The translations under genes were made by a program, and so were the position numbers. 64,000 bases of DNA, taken from assembly GCA_030151865.1 (NCBI GenBank), contig JASLCK010000007.1, forward strand, positions 137-64,136, in the 5' to 3' direction. The stretch is from Rhodospirillaceae bacterium. Lineage in GTDB: Bacteria > Pseudomonadota > Alphaproteobacteria > Rhodospirillales > Magnetospirillaceae. Shown here in pieces: positions 1 to 9,141 of this stretch (the stretch's first letter is position 1; each line of letters begins with the position of its first letter). The notes under the pieces are model-generated. The model was not told the origin of the DNA. It ran no database searches and saw only the letters and a list, made by a program, of their open reading frames with translations.

Positions 1-108
1 CAGGACCTTGGTGATTGCCGCGGTCAGCGAGGTCTTACCATGGTCAACGTGACCGATGGTGCCGATATTGCAGTGAGGCTTATTGCGCTCAAACTTTGCC
101 TTAGCCAT
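1..108 (-). CDS. tuf: Elongation factor Tu, first 36 codons only (gene runs off the window start)
   Basis: Reverse-strand translation [36 protein letters not shown] = canonical EF-Tu N-terminus with GHVDHGKT P-loop; ATG at 106-108. Confidence 0.95.
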   Translation of the reverse strand, partial: MAKAKFERNKPHCNIGTIGHVDHGKTSLTAAITKVL

Positions 109-160
109 TTCTCACAACCCGTCTAGTTCTATACGGCCAAAATTCAATTGATCGGCACAA

Positions 161-234
161 TGGAGCGGGTGATGGGAATCGAACCCACACAACCAGCTTG
201 GAAGGCTGGGGCTCTACCATTGAGCTACACCCGC
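161..234 (-). tRNA. tRNA-Gly (anticodon UCC)
   Basis: Reverse complement GCGGGTG-TA-GCTCAATGGTAGAGC-C-CCAGC CTTCCAA GCTGG-...-TTCGATT-...-CACCCGC-T-CCA folds as a cloverleaf; anticodon loop CU-UCC-AA; 74 nt with encoded CCA. Confidence 0.9.
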
Positions 235-280
235 CGATCTCGGCCCGCCGACCTGCGCACTAAAGCGCGAAGCGAGGTGA

Positions 281-366
281 TGGTGGAGGGGGTTGGATTT
301 GAACCAACGTAGGTGTACACCGGCAGATTTACAGTCTGCTGCCATTGACCGCTCGGCCACCCCTCC
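281..366 (-). tRNA. tRNA-Tyr (anticodon GUA), long variable arm
   Basis: Reverse complement GGAGGGG...GCAGACTGTAAATCTGC...GGTTCAAATCC...CCCCTCC-A-CCA; anticodon loop CU-GUA-AA; 86 nt class II tRNA; tRNA-Tyr/tRNA-Gly upstream of tuf is a common arrangement. Confidence 0.9.
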
Positions 367-542
367 ATGTCGCCGTGTCTAGGACCGGTGCGACGGGAGC
401 CCGGAAGTAATAGGATTTCGGGTCTGGTGTCAACGGCAAAAAAACGGTTAAAACAGATTTTGTTGATTTTTTTTCGTTTTCGGGCCGAAAGCCCCACCCC
501 CGATTGACCGGCGCAACCGTTGCGTCACCTGGAAGGAAAACC

Positions 543-1427
543 ATGTCGCGTCCCCGTCCTCCGCACCGCCCTCAAGCCGCCTCTGCCCCCTCTGGACAGG
601 ACGCTGCCCGTTCGGGACGCGGCAAGCCTGCCCATAAAGGCGGCGGGCAAAAAGCAGGGGGCCAGAAGACCAGCGGCCGGGGCACCGGCGGCGGCTTGTG
701 GCTGTGGGGCCAGCATCCGGTTCTATGCGCCCTGGCCAACCCCGAACGCAAATGCCGCCGCCTGCTGGTCACCGCCGAAGCCCTGCGCACCCACGGCCCG
801 GCGATCAGCGCCCTGGCCCAGCAGCATCCCCTGCCCCAGCCCGAGCAGGTGGACCGCTCCGATATCGACGCCCTGCTGCCGCTCGGAGCCGTGCATCAAG
901 GCATCGCTCTGGCCGCCGAGCCCCTGCCCGCGCTGGATGTGCAAGACTTGCTGAAACTGGCGGAAGGCCAAGAGCGCGCGGTCATCATGGTGCTGGACCA
1001 GGTCACCGACCCCCACAATGTCGGGGCGGTGCTGCGTTCCGCCGCCGCGTTCGGGGCGGTTGGCCTGATCGTTCCCGACCGCCATGCCCCAGATGAAACC
1101 GGCACCTTGGCCAAATCGGCGTCGGGTGCGCTGGAACGCCTGCCGCTGGTGCGCGTGATTAATCTGGTGCGCGCCCTGGAGGAACTGAAGGAAGGCGGCT
1201 TTTGGATCGCCGGTCTGGCGGGCGAGGCCACCCAGACCATGGCCCAGGCCAAGCTGTCGGGCCGCATCGCCCTGGTCATGGGCAGTGAAGGTGAAGGGCT
1301 GCGCCGCCTGACCCGCGAACATTGCGACCATCTGGTCAAGCTGCCGCAAACCGATCTGGTGGAAAGCCTGAACGTCTCCAACGCCGCCGCCGTTGCCCTG
1401 TACGAACTGGTGCGCGATCGCTTCTAA
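543..1427 (+). CDS. rlmB: SpoU/TrmH-family 23S rRNA 2'-O-ribose methyltransferase (RlmB-like) with Gly/Lys-rich N-terminal extension
   Basis: Motifs DQVTDPHNVGAVLRSAAAFG, LVMGSEGEGLRRLT, LNVSNAAAVALYE; ATG at 543 (MSRPRPP) preferred over the track start at 504. Confidence 0.85.
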   Translation: MSRPRPPHRPQAASAPSGQDAARSGRGKPAHKGGGQKAGGQKTSGRGTGGGLWLWGQHPVLCALANPERKCRRLLVTAEALRTHGPAISALAQQHPLPQPEQVDRSDIDALLPLGAVHQGIALAAEPLPALDVQDLLKLAEGQERAVIMVLDQVTDPHNVGAVLRSAAAFGAVGLIVPDRHAPDETGTLAKSASGALERLPLVRVINLVRALEELKEGGFWIAGLAGEATQTMAQAKLSGRIALVMGSEGEGLRRLTREHCDHLVKLPQTDLVESLNVSNAAAVALYELVRDRF

Positions 1428-1948
1428 GCGCCTGTCCCGGTCTGATCGGAGACCACCTTGGGCCCATAGGTCAGACCGGGATTGTTTTCCTTCCATCGGG
1501 TAAAGACCGCCCGCCCCTCCTCGGCCAGAAGCTGCTGTCCGGCAATCTGGCGGGCGGCGGCGGGCTTGCCGATTTCCTGATAGATCAGGGCGTCGCCAAA
1601 ACCAATCGCCTCGGCGTCACGACGGCTGTTGGCCCAGACAATCCGCCCAATTCCAGCCCAATAGGCCGCCGCCAGACACATCGGGCAGGGCTCGCAACTG
1701 GTGTAGAGCACCGCGCCGTCCAGATGGTCCTGCCCCAAGGCGGAACTGGCGGTGCGGATGGCCACCATCTCGGCGTGAGCGGTAGGATCATGGTCCAGCA
1801 GCACCCGATTGGCCCCCTCGCCGATCAGCCGCCCCTGCGACACGATGACCGCGCCGAACGGACCGCCCTTGTCACCGTCCAGGTTACCCGCCGACAGCGC
1901 GATGGCGTGGCGCAGCCATACTTCGTCGTTATTTTCACACTTACCCAT
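1424..1948 (-). CDS. CDA-fold nucleoside/guanine deaminase (GuaD-like)
   Basis: Zinc motifs HAEMVAIR and CEPCPMC; C-terminal GFGDALIYQEI resembles guanine-deaminase rather than TadA tails; 174 aa; convergent 4-nt overlap with rlmB stop. Confidence 0.8.
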   Translation of the reverse strand: MGKCENNDEVWLRHAIALSAGNLDGDKGGPFGAVIVSQGRLIGEGANRVLLDHDPTAHAEMVAIRTASSALGQDHLDGAVLYTSCEPCPMCLAAAYWAGIGRIVWANSRRDAEAIGFGDALIYQEIGKPAAARQIAGQQLLAEEGRAVFTRWKENNPGLTYGPKVVSDQTGTGA

Positions 1949-2102
1949 CGTTTAATCTCATCCCTTTTCCTTTGTTGGACGGCACTTTTATCCAAGTGTC
2001 GATTGGATGACTCGGTTAAGGCAAATTGCAGCTTGATCAACGCCGTCGAGGAGAGGAAAGTCTGAGCCCTTCCGCGCCCATCCCGCCACAAGGATTTGCA
2101 CC

Positions 2103-2897
2103 GTGACCGATGTTCTTGCCCTTTTGCCCGCTCTTCGCACCCTGGCCCGCGAGGCGGGTGACGCCATTTTGGACGTCTATGGCAGCGATTTTACGGTCAA
2201 GAACAAGGACGATGCCTCGCCGGTGACCGAGGCTGATGTGCGGGCGGAAAAGATCATCCTGGCCGGGCTGGCCCAACTGACCCCCGCCATCCCCGTGGTG
2301 TCGGAAGAAGCCGCCGCTGCCGGAGTCCAGGTCGATATTTCCAACGGCGTGTTCTGGCTGGTCGATCCGCTGGATGGCACCAAGGAATTCGTCAAGCGCA
2401 ACGGCGAATTCACCGTCAATATCGGCCTGATCTCCAATGGCCGCCCCATCGCGGGCGTCCTGTTCGCCCCGGTGTTGAACCGTCTGTTCCTGGCTGGCCC
2501 CGGCATCGCCACGGTAGAAGACCCTGACACCGCGCCGCGTCCCATCCATGTCCGCCGCCCACCCACCGACGGCCTTGTGGTACTGGGCAGCCGCTCCCAT
2601 AAAGACTCGCCCGCTCTGGGGGATTTCCTAAAGCAGTTCCCGGTGCGCGAGATGCGCAATTCCGGCAGTTCGCTCAAATTCGCCCTGGTCGCGGCGGGGG
2701 AAGCCGATATGTATCCGCGCTTTGGCCCCACCATGGAATGGGATACCGCCGCCGGTCATGCCGTGCTGAATGCCGCCGGGGGCTGCCTGACCCTGCCCAA
2801 CGGCCAGCCACTGGTCTATGGCAAGCCCCGCTTTGCCAATCCGGAAGTGGTGGCCTGGGGCAGCGCCGAACCGCGTCCGCAGGGCGACAACCGCTAA
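2103..2897 (+). CDS. cysQ: 3'(2'),5'-bisphosphate nucleotidase (inositol monophosphatase family)
   Basis: SPVTEADV, WLVDPLDGTKEFV, EWDTAAGHAV motifs in CysQ-like order; GTG start; 264 aa. Confidence 0.85.
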   Translation: MTDVLALLPALRTLAREAGDAILDVYGSDFTVKNKDDASPVTEADVRAEKIILAGLAQLTPAIPVVSEEAAAAGVQVDISNGVFWLVDPLDGTKEFVKRNGEFTVNIGLISNGRPIAGVLFAPVLNRLFLAGPGIATVEDPDTAPRPIHVRRPPTDGLVVLGSRSHKDSPALGDFLKQFPVREMRNSGSSLKFALVAAGEADMYPRFGPTMEWDTAAGHAVLNAAGGCLTLPNGQPLVYGKPRFANPEVVAWGSAEPRPQGDNR

Positions 2898-3016
2898 TCC
2901 CCCATCCCCCAGGATGACCGGACCGCCGCGCCTGTGCTATCATGGTGCGGTTGAAAAGCCGTGCTTGCCCGCAACGCCCCAGAGCCTTCGGGACCGGCCG
3001 CAAAAAGGGTTGCGCC

Positions 3017-3430
3017 ATGCAGGAACGCCGTCACAGCCGCCACGGCCTGGCGGAAGTCACCGTCTGGGTTCCCGCCGAAAAGGTGGAAGCTGTCAAAAGC
3101 TATGCCCGACGCATCGGGCAACGCCGCGCCGCGCCCTCGTGCGATGATGTGCTGGAACGGTTGCGCCAGCACCGCCACAGCTTTGACCGCTTTGGCGTGC
3201 GTTCGCTGTCGCTGTTTGGATCGGTGGCCTGCAACGAAGCCAAGCCCCATTCCGATATCGATCTTTTGGTGGAATTCCTGCCGGGTCGTCCGTCCGGCTT
3301 GTTCGAATTCGTCGAATTGAAGCATGCCCTGGAAGGGCTGCTGGGCCGCCCCGTCGATCTGACCACATCGGCCAATCTGAAATCGCGCATCAAGGCCCGT
3401 ATCCTGGGACAGGCTATCCGGGCCTATTGA
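3017..3430 (+). CDS. MNT-type nucleotidyltransferase (MntA-like antitoxin domain) with ~40-aa N-terminal extension
   Basis: LFGSVACNEAKPHSDIDLLVEF = G-S-x(n)-D-x-D Pol-beta NTase motif, plus VDLTT tail; ATG 3017 chosen, track start 2942 also possible. Confidence 0.75.
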   Translation: MQERRHSRHGLAEVTVWVPAEKVEAVKSYARRIGQRRAAPSCDDVLERLRQHRHSFDRFGVRSLSLFGSVACNEAKPHSDIDLLVEFLPGRPSGLFEFVELKHALEGLLGRPVDLTTSANLKSRIKARILGQAIRAY

Positions 3431-3550
3431 TCCTTCGACCATCGCCAAACCCAGGGTTTCCCTGAACTTTGATCAGGTAAAAAGCCTTCTCAAAGAGAGG
3501 ATAAGGCGTTGTCACCCATCACAGAAATGTGAAAGATTAAATCGCTCGCC

Positions 3551-4297
3551 ATGCGGGGGTTTGGCTGGGCGACGAGGGGAAAAGTGAAGGAAATCTTCGA
3601 TTTTCTGAATGATCTGGCTGACGCCGAAAGCGAAACGGCGGAGCAGCAAGTCTTGGCGCGCCACCTTGCCCGCCTTGGCATGCCACTTTACTGCTATGCC
3701 AATATGGGCCGCCAATACAGCTCCCCCCTGGTCGTCACCAACTTTCCGACCAGTTGGGTAAGACATTATGCAGAGAGCGGCTATATCGAACAGGATATAG
3801 TTATACAATATGGCCGTAAGGCGATTCTTCCCTATCGCTGGCAATCCTTAATCACAAAATGCAAAGTCAATTCAATCCAAAGACGCATATTTCAGGAAGC
3901 ATCACTGCATGGGTTGCATGATGGACTTGCCATACCGATCCAAGGTTATGGCCACGACTTCGCAATTTTGTCCCTTGCAGTGACGGAACGCGAATTTCCC
4001 CGCAGTATGGAGGCCAATAAGCATCAGGCCCACCTGATCGCCCTGCACTACCATTCAGCGACTGAGGCAAGAAACCAGCCGGAACAGCAAACCCCGGAAG
4101 TCAATCTGTCGCCCCGCGAAATTGAATGCCTGAAATGGATCTCAAAGGGCAAGACAGCGTGGGAAATCGCCCAGATTCTAAAAATCTCGGAACGCACCGC
4201 CGTTTATCACATTGAAAATGCCAAACGGAAACTGGGCGTCAATACCCGCAACCATGCGGTTGCAAAAGCCATTACCCTTGGCCTGATTGAACCCTGA
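3551..4297 (+). CDS. LuxR-family regulator with N-terminal autoinducer-binding-type domain and C-terminal HTH (no luxI nearby: LuxR solo)
   Basis: N-terminal FPTSWVRHYAESGYIEQDIV...LPYRW pattern of autoinducer-binding domains; C-terminal LSPREIECLKWISKGKTAWEIAQILKISERTAVYHIENAKRKLGV = LuxR/GerE HTH; G+C visibly lower than neighbours (about 43% on one sampled 60-nt line). Confidence 0.85.
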   Translation: MRGFGWATRGKVKEIFDFLNDLADAESETAEQQVLARHLARLGMPLYCYANMGRQYSSPLVVTNFPTSWVRHYAESGYIEQDIVIQYGRKAILPYRWQSLITKCKVNSIQRRIFQEASLHGLHDGLAIPIQGYGHDFAILSLAVTEREFPRSMEANKHQAHLIALHYHSATEARNQPEQQTPEVNLSPREIECLKWISKGKTAWEIAQILKISERTAVYHIENAKRKLGVNTRNHAVAKAITLGLIEP

Positions 4298-4323
4298 AAC
4301 TCTAGGGCTTCTGCCCCTTTTCT

Positions 4324-4341
4324 CCTGCATATCCTTACAGG
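4324..4341. promoter_or_regulatory. lux-box-like inverted repeat CCTG-N10-CAGG
   Basis: CCTGCATATCCTTACAGG: CTG-N10-CAG core spacing as in lux/tra boxes; only the outer 4 bp are perfectly symmetric; lies between the luxR-type gene and the small ORF at 4412. Confidence 0.3.
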
Positions 4342-4411
4342 TGCCTCCCCGGCTGGGGATGGGCTCCAATGCCCTCAACGACAGTAAGGTATAGGGAAGG
4401 AGCCCCCGTCC

Positions 4412-4600
4412 ATGACTTCGGGAACTCGACTGGAACAAGCCTGCGCAATCAAAGCAGCCCTTAACGGCCTTTATGAGGACGCCTGCGACGCCAATCTGAA
4501 GATGGTCGCACATATGATCGGGGTGGCGCTGGAAGCGGTTGCCGAGGTCACAGACCGCCCGCAACCAAAACTGCGACTGCTCAAGGGCGGACTGGGCTAA
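4412..4600 (+). CDS. Small hypothetical protein (62 aa)
   Basis: ATG preceded by GGAG 9 nt upstream; high-GC codon usage; no recognisable motif. Confidence 0.4.
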   Translation: MTSGTRLEQACAIKAALNGLYEDACDANLKMVAHMIGVALEAVAEVTDRPQPKLRLLKGGLG

Positions 4601-4617
4601 CCCCGCCCAGGCGCCCG

Positions 4618-5070
4618 CTAAGCGCCACGCCGCCGCATTTGCTGCACCAACCGTTCCAACCCATCCAGGAAACGTGAGCGGTCCTGCTTCCCATAGGGAC
4701 GCGGACCGCCTGTGACCTCCCCCGCATCGCGCAAGTCGGTCATCAGATCGCGCACGGCCACCGCCATGCCGATCGAGCCTTCATCGAAGGCCTTGCCACG
4801 ATGATCAATCCCCAACGCCCCCTTGGCCAAACAACGGGCCGCCAGCGGCACGTCGGCGGTCACCACCAGATCCTCGGACCCGATCAGTTCGACGATCCGA
4901 TCGTCGGCGGCGTTCAGACCTTCGGCGACAACGATCTGCTGAACCGGGCCTCCATCGAAGCCACGCATCCAACTGTTTCCCACCATGACAACCGGAATGT
5001 GGTGCCGCAGCGCCACCCGAACCGCCTCGTCCTTGACCGGACAAGCGTCGGCATCAACAAAAATTTTCAC
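4618..5070 (-). CDS. yaiI: YaiI/YqxD family protein (UPF0178)
   Basis: VKIFVDADACPVKDE... matches the family N-terminus (M-K-I-x-V-D-A-D-A-C-P); GTG at 5068-5070 preferred over the longer track ORF to 5148. Confidence 0.8.
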   Translation of the reverse strand: MKIFVDADACPVKDEAVRVALRHHIPVVMVGNSWMRGFDGGPVQQIVVAEGLNAADDRIVELIGSEDLVVTADVPLAARCLAKGALGIDHRGKAFDEGSIGMAVAVRDLMTDLRDAGEVTGGPRPYGKQDRSRFLDGLERLVQQMRRRGA

Positions 5071-5423
5071 GTGCCACCTATGCGAAAGATTTATAAACCC
5101 AGACAGGCTTATCGCCTGATCGGGAAAGATATTGGGGCGGAGAACCATCTAAAAGATTAAGAATTATAACAAATAAAAACTCATCACGATGATCAATTTA
5201 TTGGTATAAAAATACAAAGGCACCGCAACAAACCCTACACCTTTGCTTAATTGACCACCCCATACATTCAAGACACTGAAAATAATAAATTTATTATATG
5301 ATAAAACACAAAATAATGCCCTGGCTGACTTTGATCAAGTCTATGACCTTGGTAGAAATCCAAGGCTCTAATTCAGTGGTATTAACACTAAAATTTATTG
5401 ACCCACCCCTCTGAATATCCCAT

Positions 5424-6002
5424 ATGTCAGACATACGCTTGGATGAGCCGCAAGCCGCCGGGATAAAGAGAGGACCAATGTCGGACAAAGCACAGCACCT
5501 GACGGGACGAGAACGGACTTTTGATCAAGATCAGATCATTGTCAGCAAGACCGACCTGACGGGCCGCATCACCTATGTCAATGACATTTTCCTCGACGTC
5601 TCCGGCTATAGCGAAGCCGAAGCCATGGGGCAACCCCACAGCCTGGTGCGACACCCCAATACCCCCCGCTGCCTTTTCCAATTGATGTGGGAATATCTGG
5701 ACGCGAACCGCGAAATTTTCGTCTACATCAACAATCGGGCGATCAACGGGGATCATTATTGGGTTTTGGCCCACATCACGCCCACCTTCAACCTGAAGGG
5801 CGAGAAAGTCGGGTATCACTCGAATCGTCGGGTGCCGCGCCCAGAACCGGTGCAAAAGCTGCAACCCCTGTACGACAAGCTGTTGCAAGAAGAACGACGT
5901 CACTCCGACCGCAAAGTTGGCCAACAGGCCGCTTACGGCATGTTGATGGACATCCTTAAGCAGGAAGGTAAGCCCTATGCCGAATTTGTCCTCAGTCTCT
6001 AA
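5424..6002 (+). CDS. Stand-alone Aer-type PAS domain protein
   Basis: [47 protein letters not shown]...[17 protein letters not shown] is the Aer/FAD-type PAS signature; alternative start ATG 5478. Confidence 0.8.
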   Translation: MSDIRLDEPQAAGIKRGPMSDKAQHLTGRERTFDQDQIIVSKTDLTGRITYVNDIFLDVSGYSEAEAMGQPHSLVRHPNTPRCLFQLMWEYLDANREIFVYINNRAINGDHYWVLAHITPTFNLKGEKVGYHSNRRVPRPEPVQKLQPLYDKLLQEERRHSDRKVGQQAAYGMLMDILKQEGKPYAEFVLSL

Positions 6003-7266
6003 GGCCAAGCTGGCGCTCTACGCTTCGGGCGCGGCCGTCTTTGTGGTTGCCCTCGTTTCGCTGATCCTGGGGGACTGGACGCCTGCGGTACTGTCGGCCC
6101 TGACGCTGATTCCGGTTCTGATGGGCATCAACGCCATCAACCGCGCCAGCGCCAGCATCGACAAGGCCGTCAAGGTCTGTGAACAGGCCGCCAAGGGCGA
6201 TCTCAACAGCCGCATCCTTGATATTCGCGGCAAGGGCAACGTCGCCTTTATGCTGCGCAACGTCAATCGCCTGCTCGATCTGACCGAAGCCTTCTGCAAG
6301 GAAGCCGAAGCGGCCATGCAGGAAGCCAACGAGCGGCATTATTACCGTAAGATCATCACCACCGGTCTGCGCGGCGATTTCGTGCGCCATGCCACCACCA
6401 TCAACAGTTCGCTCGACCTGATGAAGCAGCGCGACGATGATGCGCTGCGCTTCGCCCAGGACAATGTGCGCACCCTGGTGCAGGAAGTGTCCTCGGCCTC
6501 GGCCCAGTTGAAGGCCAGTTCGCAGCGCCTGACCCGCAATGCCGACGAAACCGTGAGCGAGGCCCTGACTTCAGCTGCCGCCGCCGAGCAGGCTTCCGCC
6601 AATGTGCAGGCCGTCGCCGCCGCGACCGAGGAACTGGCGTCCTCCTTCGGCGAGATCAACCGTCAGGCCACCTTGTCGACGCAAATCTCGTCCGAAGCGG
6701 TGGAAACCGCCGAACGCACCGACGGCACCGTGCGCGAACTGGGCGACGCCGCCCAGCGGATTGGCGGGGTGCTGACCCTGATCCAAGACATCGCGGGCAA
6801 AACCAACCTTTTGGCCCTGAACGCCACCATCGAAGCAGCGCGGGCGGGCGAGGCCGGTAAGGGCTTTGCCGTGGTGGCGGCGGAAGTCAAGAACCTGGCC
6901 AATCAGACGGCGCGCGCCACCGAAGAAATCGCCAACCACGCCAACCAGATCCAAACCGCTTCGGGCGGGGCTGCCGACGCCATCCGCGAAATCGCCCAGA
7001 CGGTGGCCCATATCCAGGAAACCTCGACCGCCGTTGCGGGCGCAGTGGAAGAACAGAACGCCGTTACCCTGGAAATTTCGCGCAATATCGCCGAGGCCGC
7101 GACCGGCACCAATTCGGTGTCCGAATGCGTCGCCATCGTGCGCCAGACCGCCGAACAGACCAGCAGCGAAGCCATGGAAATCTCGGCAGCCGCCGATTCC
7201 CTGGCCCAGCGGGCTTCGACCCTGCAAACCCAGGTGGACCGCTTTATCGCCAGCATTCACGCCTGA
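5977..7266 (+). CDS. Methyl-accepting chemotaxis protein with membrane hairpin and no periplasmic domain (Aer-like body)
   Basis: Two adjacent hydrophobic segments, HAMP-like linker, signalling hairpin [35 protein letters not shown]; overlaps the PAS gene by 26 nt in another frame. Confidence 0.9.
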   Translation: MPNLSSVSKAKLALYASGAAVFVVALVSLILGDWTPAVLSALTLIPVLMGINAINRASASIDKAVKVCEQAAKGDLNSRILDIRGKGNVAFMLRNVNRLLDLTEAFCKEAEAAMQEANERHYYRKIITTGLRGDFVRHATTINSSLDLMKQRDDDALRFAQDNVRTLVQEVSSASAQLKASSQRLTRNADETVSEALTSAAAAEQASANVQAVAAATEELASSFGEINRQATLSTQISSEAVETAERTDGTVRELGDAAQRIGGVLTLIQDIAGKTNLLALNATIEAARAGEAGKGFAVVAAEVKNLANQTARATEEIANHANQIQTASGGAADAIREIAQTVAHIQETSTAVAGAVEEQNAVTLEISRNIAEAATGTNSVSECVAIVRQTAEQTSSEAMEISAAADSLAQRASTLQTQVDRFIASIHA

Positions 7267-7284
7267 TTTTCAGCACTGAACAGC

Positions 7285-7319
7285 AAAAAGGCCGGGAAGA
7301 CTATCTTCCCGGCCTTTTT
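7285..7319. terminator. Bidirectional rho-independent terminator between MCP and pgi
   Basis: AAAAAGGCCGGGAAG-actat-CTTCCCGGCCTTTTT, 15-bp arms with A/T tracts on both sides. Confidence 0.8.
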
Positions 7320-7368
7320 GCTGGCGATGTTCTGCGCTTTCGGCAAGCGGAGCAGTCCGAAGCCGACT

Positions 7369-9009
7369 TCAGCGCAACTGCTTCATAAAGTTGATCAGGC
7401 CATTGGTGCTGGCGTCGTGGCCGCTGACCGGTGCGTCGTCTTTCAACTCCGGCAGGATGACCTTAGCCAACTGCTTGCCCAGTTCCACGCCCCATTGATC
7501 GAAGCTGTTGACCTGCCAGACCACCCCTTGGACGAAAATCTTATGTTCGTACAAGGCGATCAGACGGCCCAAGGTGCGCGGCGTCAGTTCACGGTACAGC
7601 AAGGAATTGGTCGGGCGGTTGCCTGTGAAGACCCGGTGCGGGATCGCCGCCTCCAGGGCGTCGCCGTCCAAACCCTGACGGGTCAGTTCGGCCCGCACTT
7701 CCTCGGGCGTTTTGCCGCGCATCAGGGCTTCGGTCTGGGCGAAGAAGTTGGACAGCAGCAGGCTGTGATGTTCCCCCAGCGGATTCTGGCTGCGGGCAGC
7801 GGCCATGAAATCGGCGGGCACGATCCGCGTGCCCTGATGGATCAGCTGGTAAAAAGCGTGCTGGCCGTTGGTGCCCGGCTCGCCAAAAATGATCGGGCCA
7901 GTCTGATAATCCACCGGACGGCCGTCGCGGGTCACGCTCTTGCCGTTGGATTCCATATCGGCCTGCTGCAGATAGGCCGGGAAGCGGTGCAGATACTGGT
8001 CGTAAGGCAGGATCGCCTGGCTGTCGGCACCAAAGAAATCCACATACCACACCCCCAGCATGGCCAGGATCACCGGCATATTGGCCGATAAGGGCGCAGT
8101 GCGGAAATGCTCATCCATTTCAAAGGCGCCGGTCAGCAATTCCTCGAACTGCTCGAACCCGACCGCGACGGCGATCGACAGGCCGATGGCCGACCACAAA
8201 GAGTAGCGCCCGCCAACCCAGTCCCAGAATTCGAACATGTGATCGGTATCGATGCCAAACGCCCCGACTTCCTTGGCGTTGGTGGACAAGGCGACGAAAT
8301 GGCTGGCCACCGCATCCTCGCCCAAGGCGTCGGTGATCCAGTTGCGCGCCGTGCGGGCGTTGGCGATGGTTTCCTGGGTGGTGAAGGTCTTGCTGGCGAC
8401 GATAAACAGCGTGGTATCGGGCCTGCAATGCTTCAGCACCGTATGGATATGGCTGGCATCGACGTTGGAAACGAAATGGCTGTGCAGCCCGTCCTGCCAG
8501 AACGGCCGCAACGCTTCGGTCGCCATGACCGGCCCCAGATCGGACCCGCCAATACCGATATTCACCACATCGGTGATTTGCTGACCGGTCGCGCCGCGCC
8601 ACGCCCCCGAACGCACCGCGTCCGAGAAGTGGCGCATTTTTTCCAACACCCGCTTCACATCGGGCATGACGTCATGGCCGTTGACCAAAATCGCCCGGTC
8701 GGACCGGTTGCGCAAAGCCACATGCAGCACCGAGCGCTTTTCGGTGCAATTGATAGTCTCGCCCGCAAACATGCGGTCGCGCCACTGCGCCACCCCGGCC
8801 TGCTCGGCCAGTTGCATCAGCAGCGAAAAGGTTTCGCCGGTAATTCGGTTCTTTGAATAATCCAGCAGCAGATCATCGCCCAAGCTCAGCGAGAACGTCT
8901 CGAACCGCTTGGGGTCTGCGGCGAACAAATCGCGCAGATGCAGATCGCGCACGGCATCGTAATGCCGGGAAAGAGCATGCCACGCGGGCAGCGTCGTCAA
9001 AGCTTGCAT
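7369..9009 (-). CDS. pgi: Glucose-6-phosphate isomerase
   Basis: Full-length PGI pattern ([46 protein letters not shown]); ATG 9009 ([10 protein letters not shown]) preferred to 9054. Confidence 0.95.
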   Translation of the reverse strand: MQALTTLPAWHALSRHYDAVRDLHLRDLFAADPKRFETFSLSLGDDLLLDYSKNRITGETFSLLMQLAEQAGVAQWRDRMFAGETINCTEKRSVLHVALRNRSDRAILVNGHDVMPDVKRVLEKMRHFSDAVRSGAWRGATGQQITDVVNIGIGGSDLGPVMATEALRPFWQDGLHSHFVSNVDASHIHTVLKHCRPDTTLFIVASKTFTTQETIANARTARNWITDALGEDAVASHFVALSTNAKEVGAFGIDTDHMFEFWDWVGGRYSLWSAIGLSIAVAVGFEQFEELLTGAFEMDEHFRTAPLSANMPVILAMLGVWYVDFFGADSQAILPYDQYLHRFPAYLQQADMESNGKSVTRDGRPVDYQTGPIIFGEPGTNGQHAFYQLIHQGTRIVPADFMAAARSQNPLGEHHSLLLSNFFAQTEALMRGKTPEEVRAELTRQGLDGDALEAAIPHRVFTGNRPTNSLLYRELTPRTLGRLIALYEHKIFVQGVVWQVNSFDQWGVELGKQLAKVILPELKDDAPVSGHDASTNGLINFMKQLR

Positions 9010-9141
9010 GGTTCTTCCGCCATGAGTTCCATAAAGAAACTCTAGCAGAGACAAACCGTTAGGGCCATCCTTTGCGCGACACCAAAAGATATATCCATCA
9101 TTCTGTCATGGTTATCCCCCGACAGAACCTTTCCGGCGGGA

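Noticed and set aside
3431-3550. Possible HEPN/DUF86 toxin gene downstream of the MNT nucleotidyltransferase
   Set aside because: All three forward frames hit stops within about 12-50 codons, and none shows the R-x4-6-H HEPN motif.
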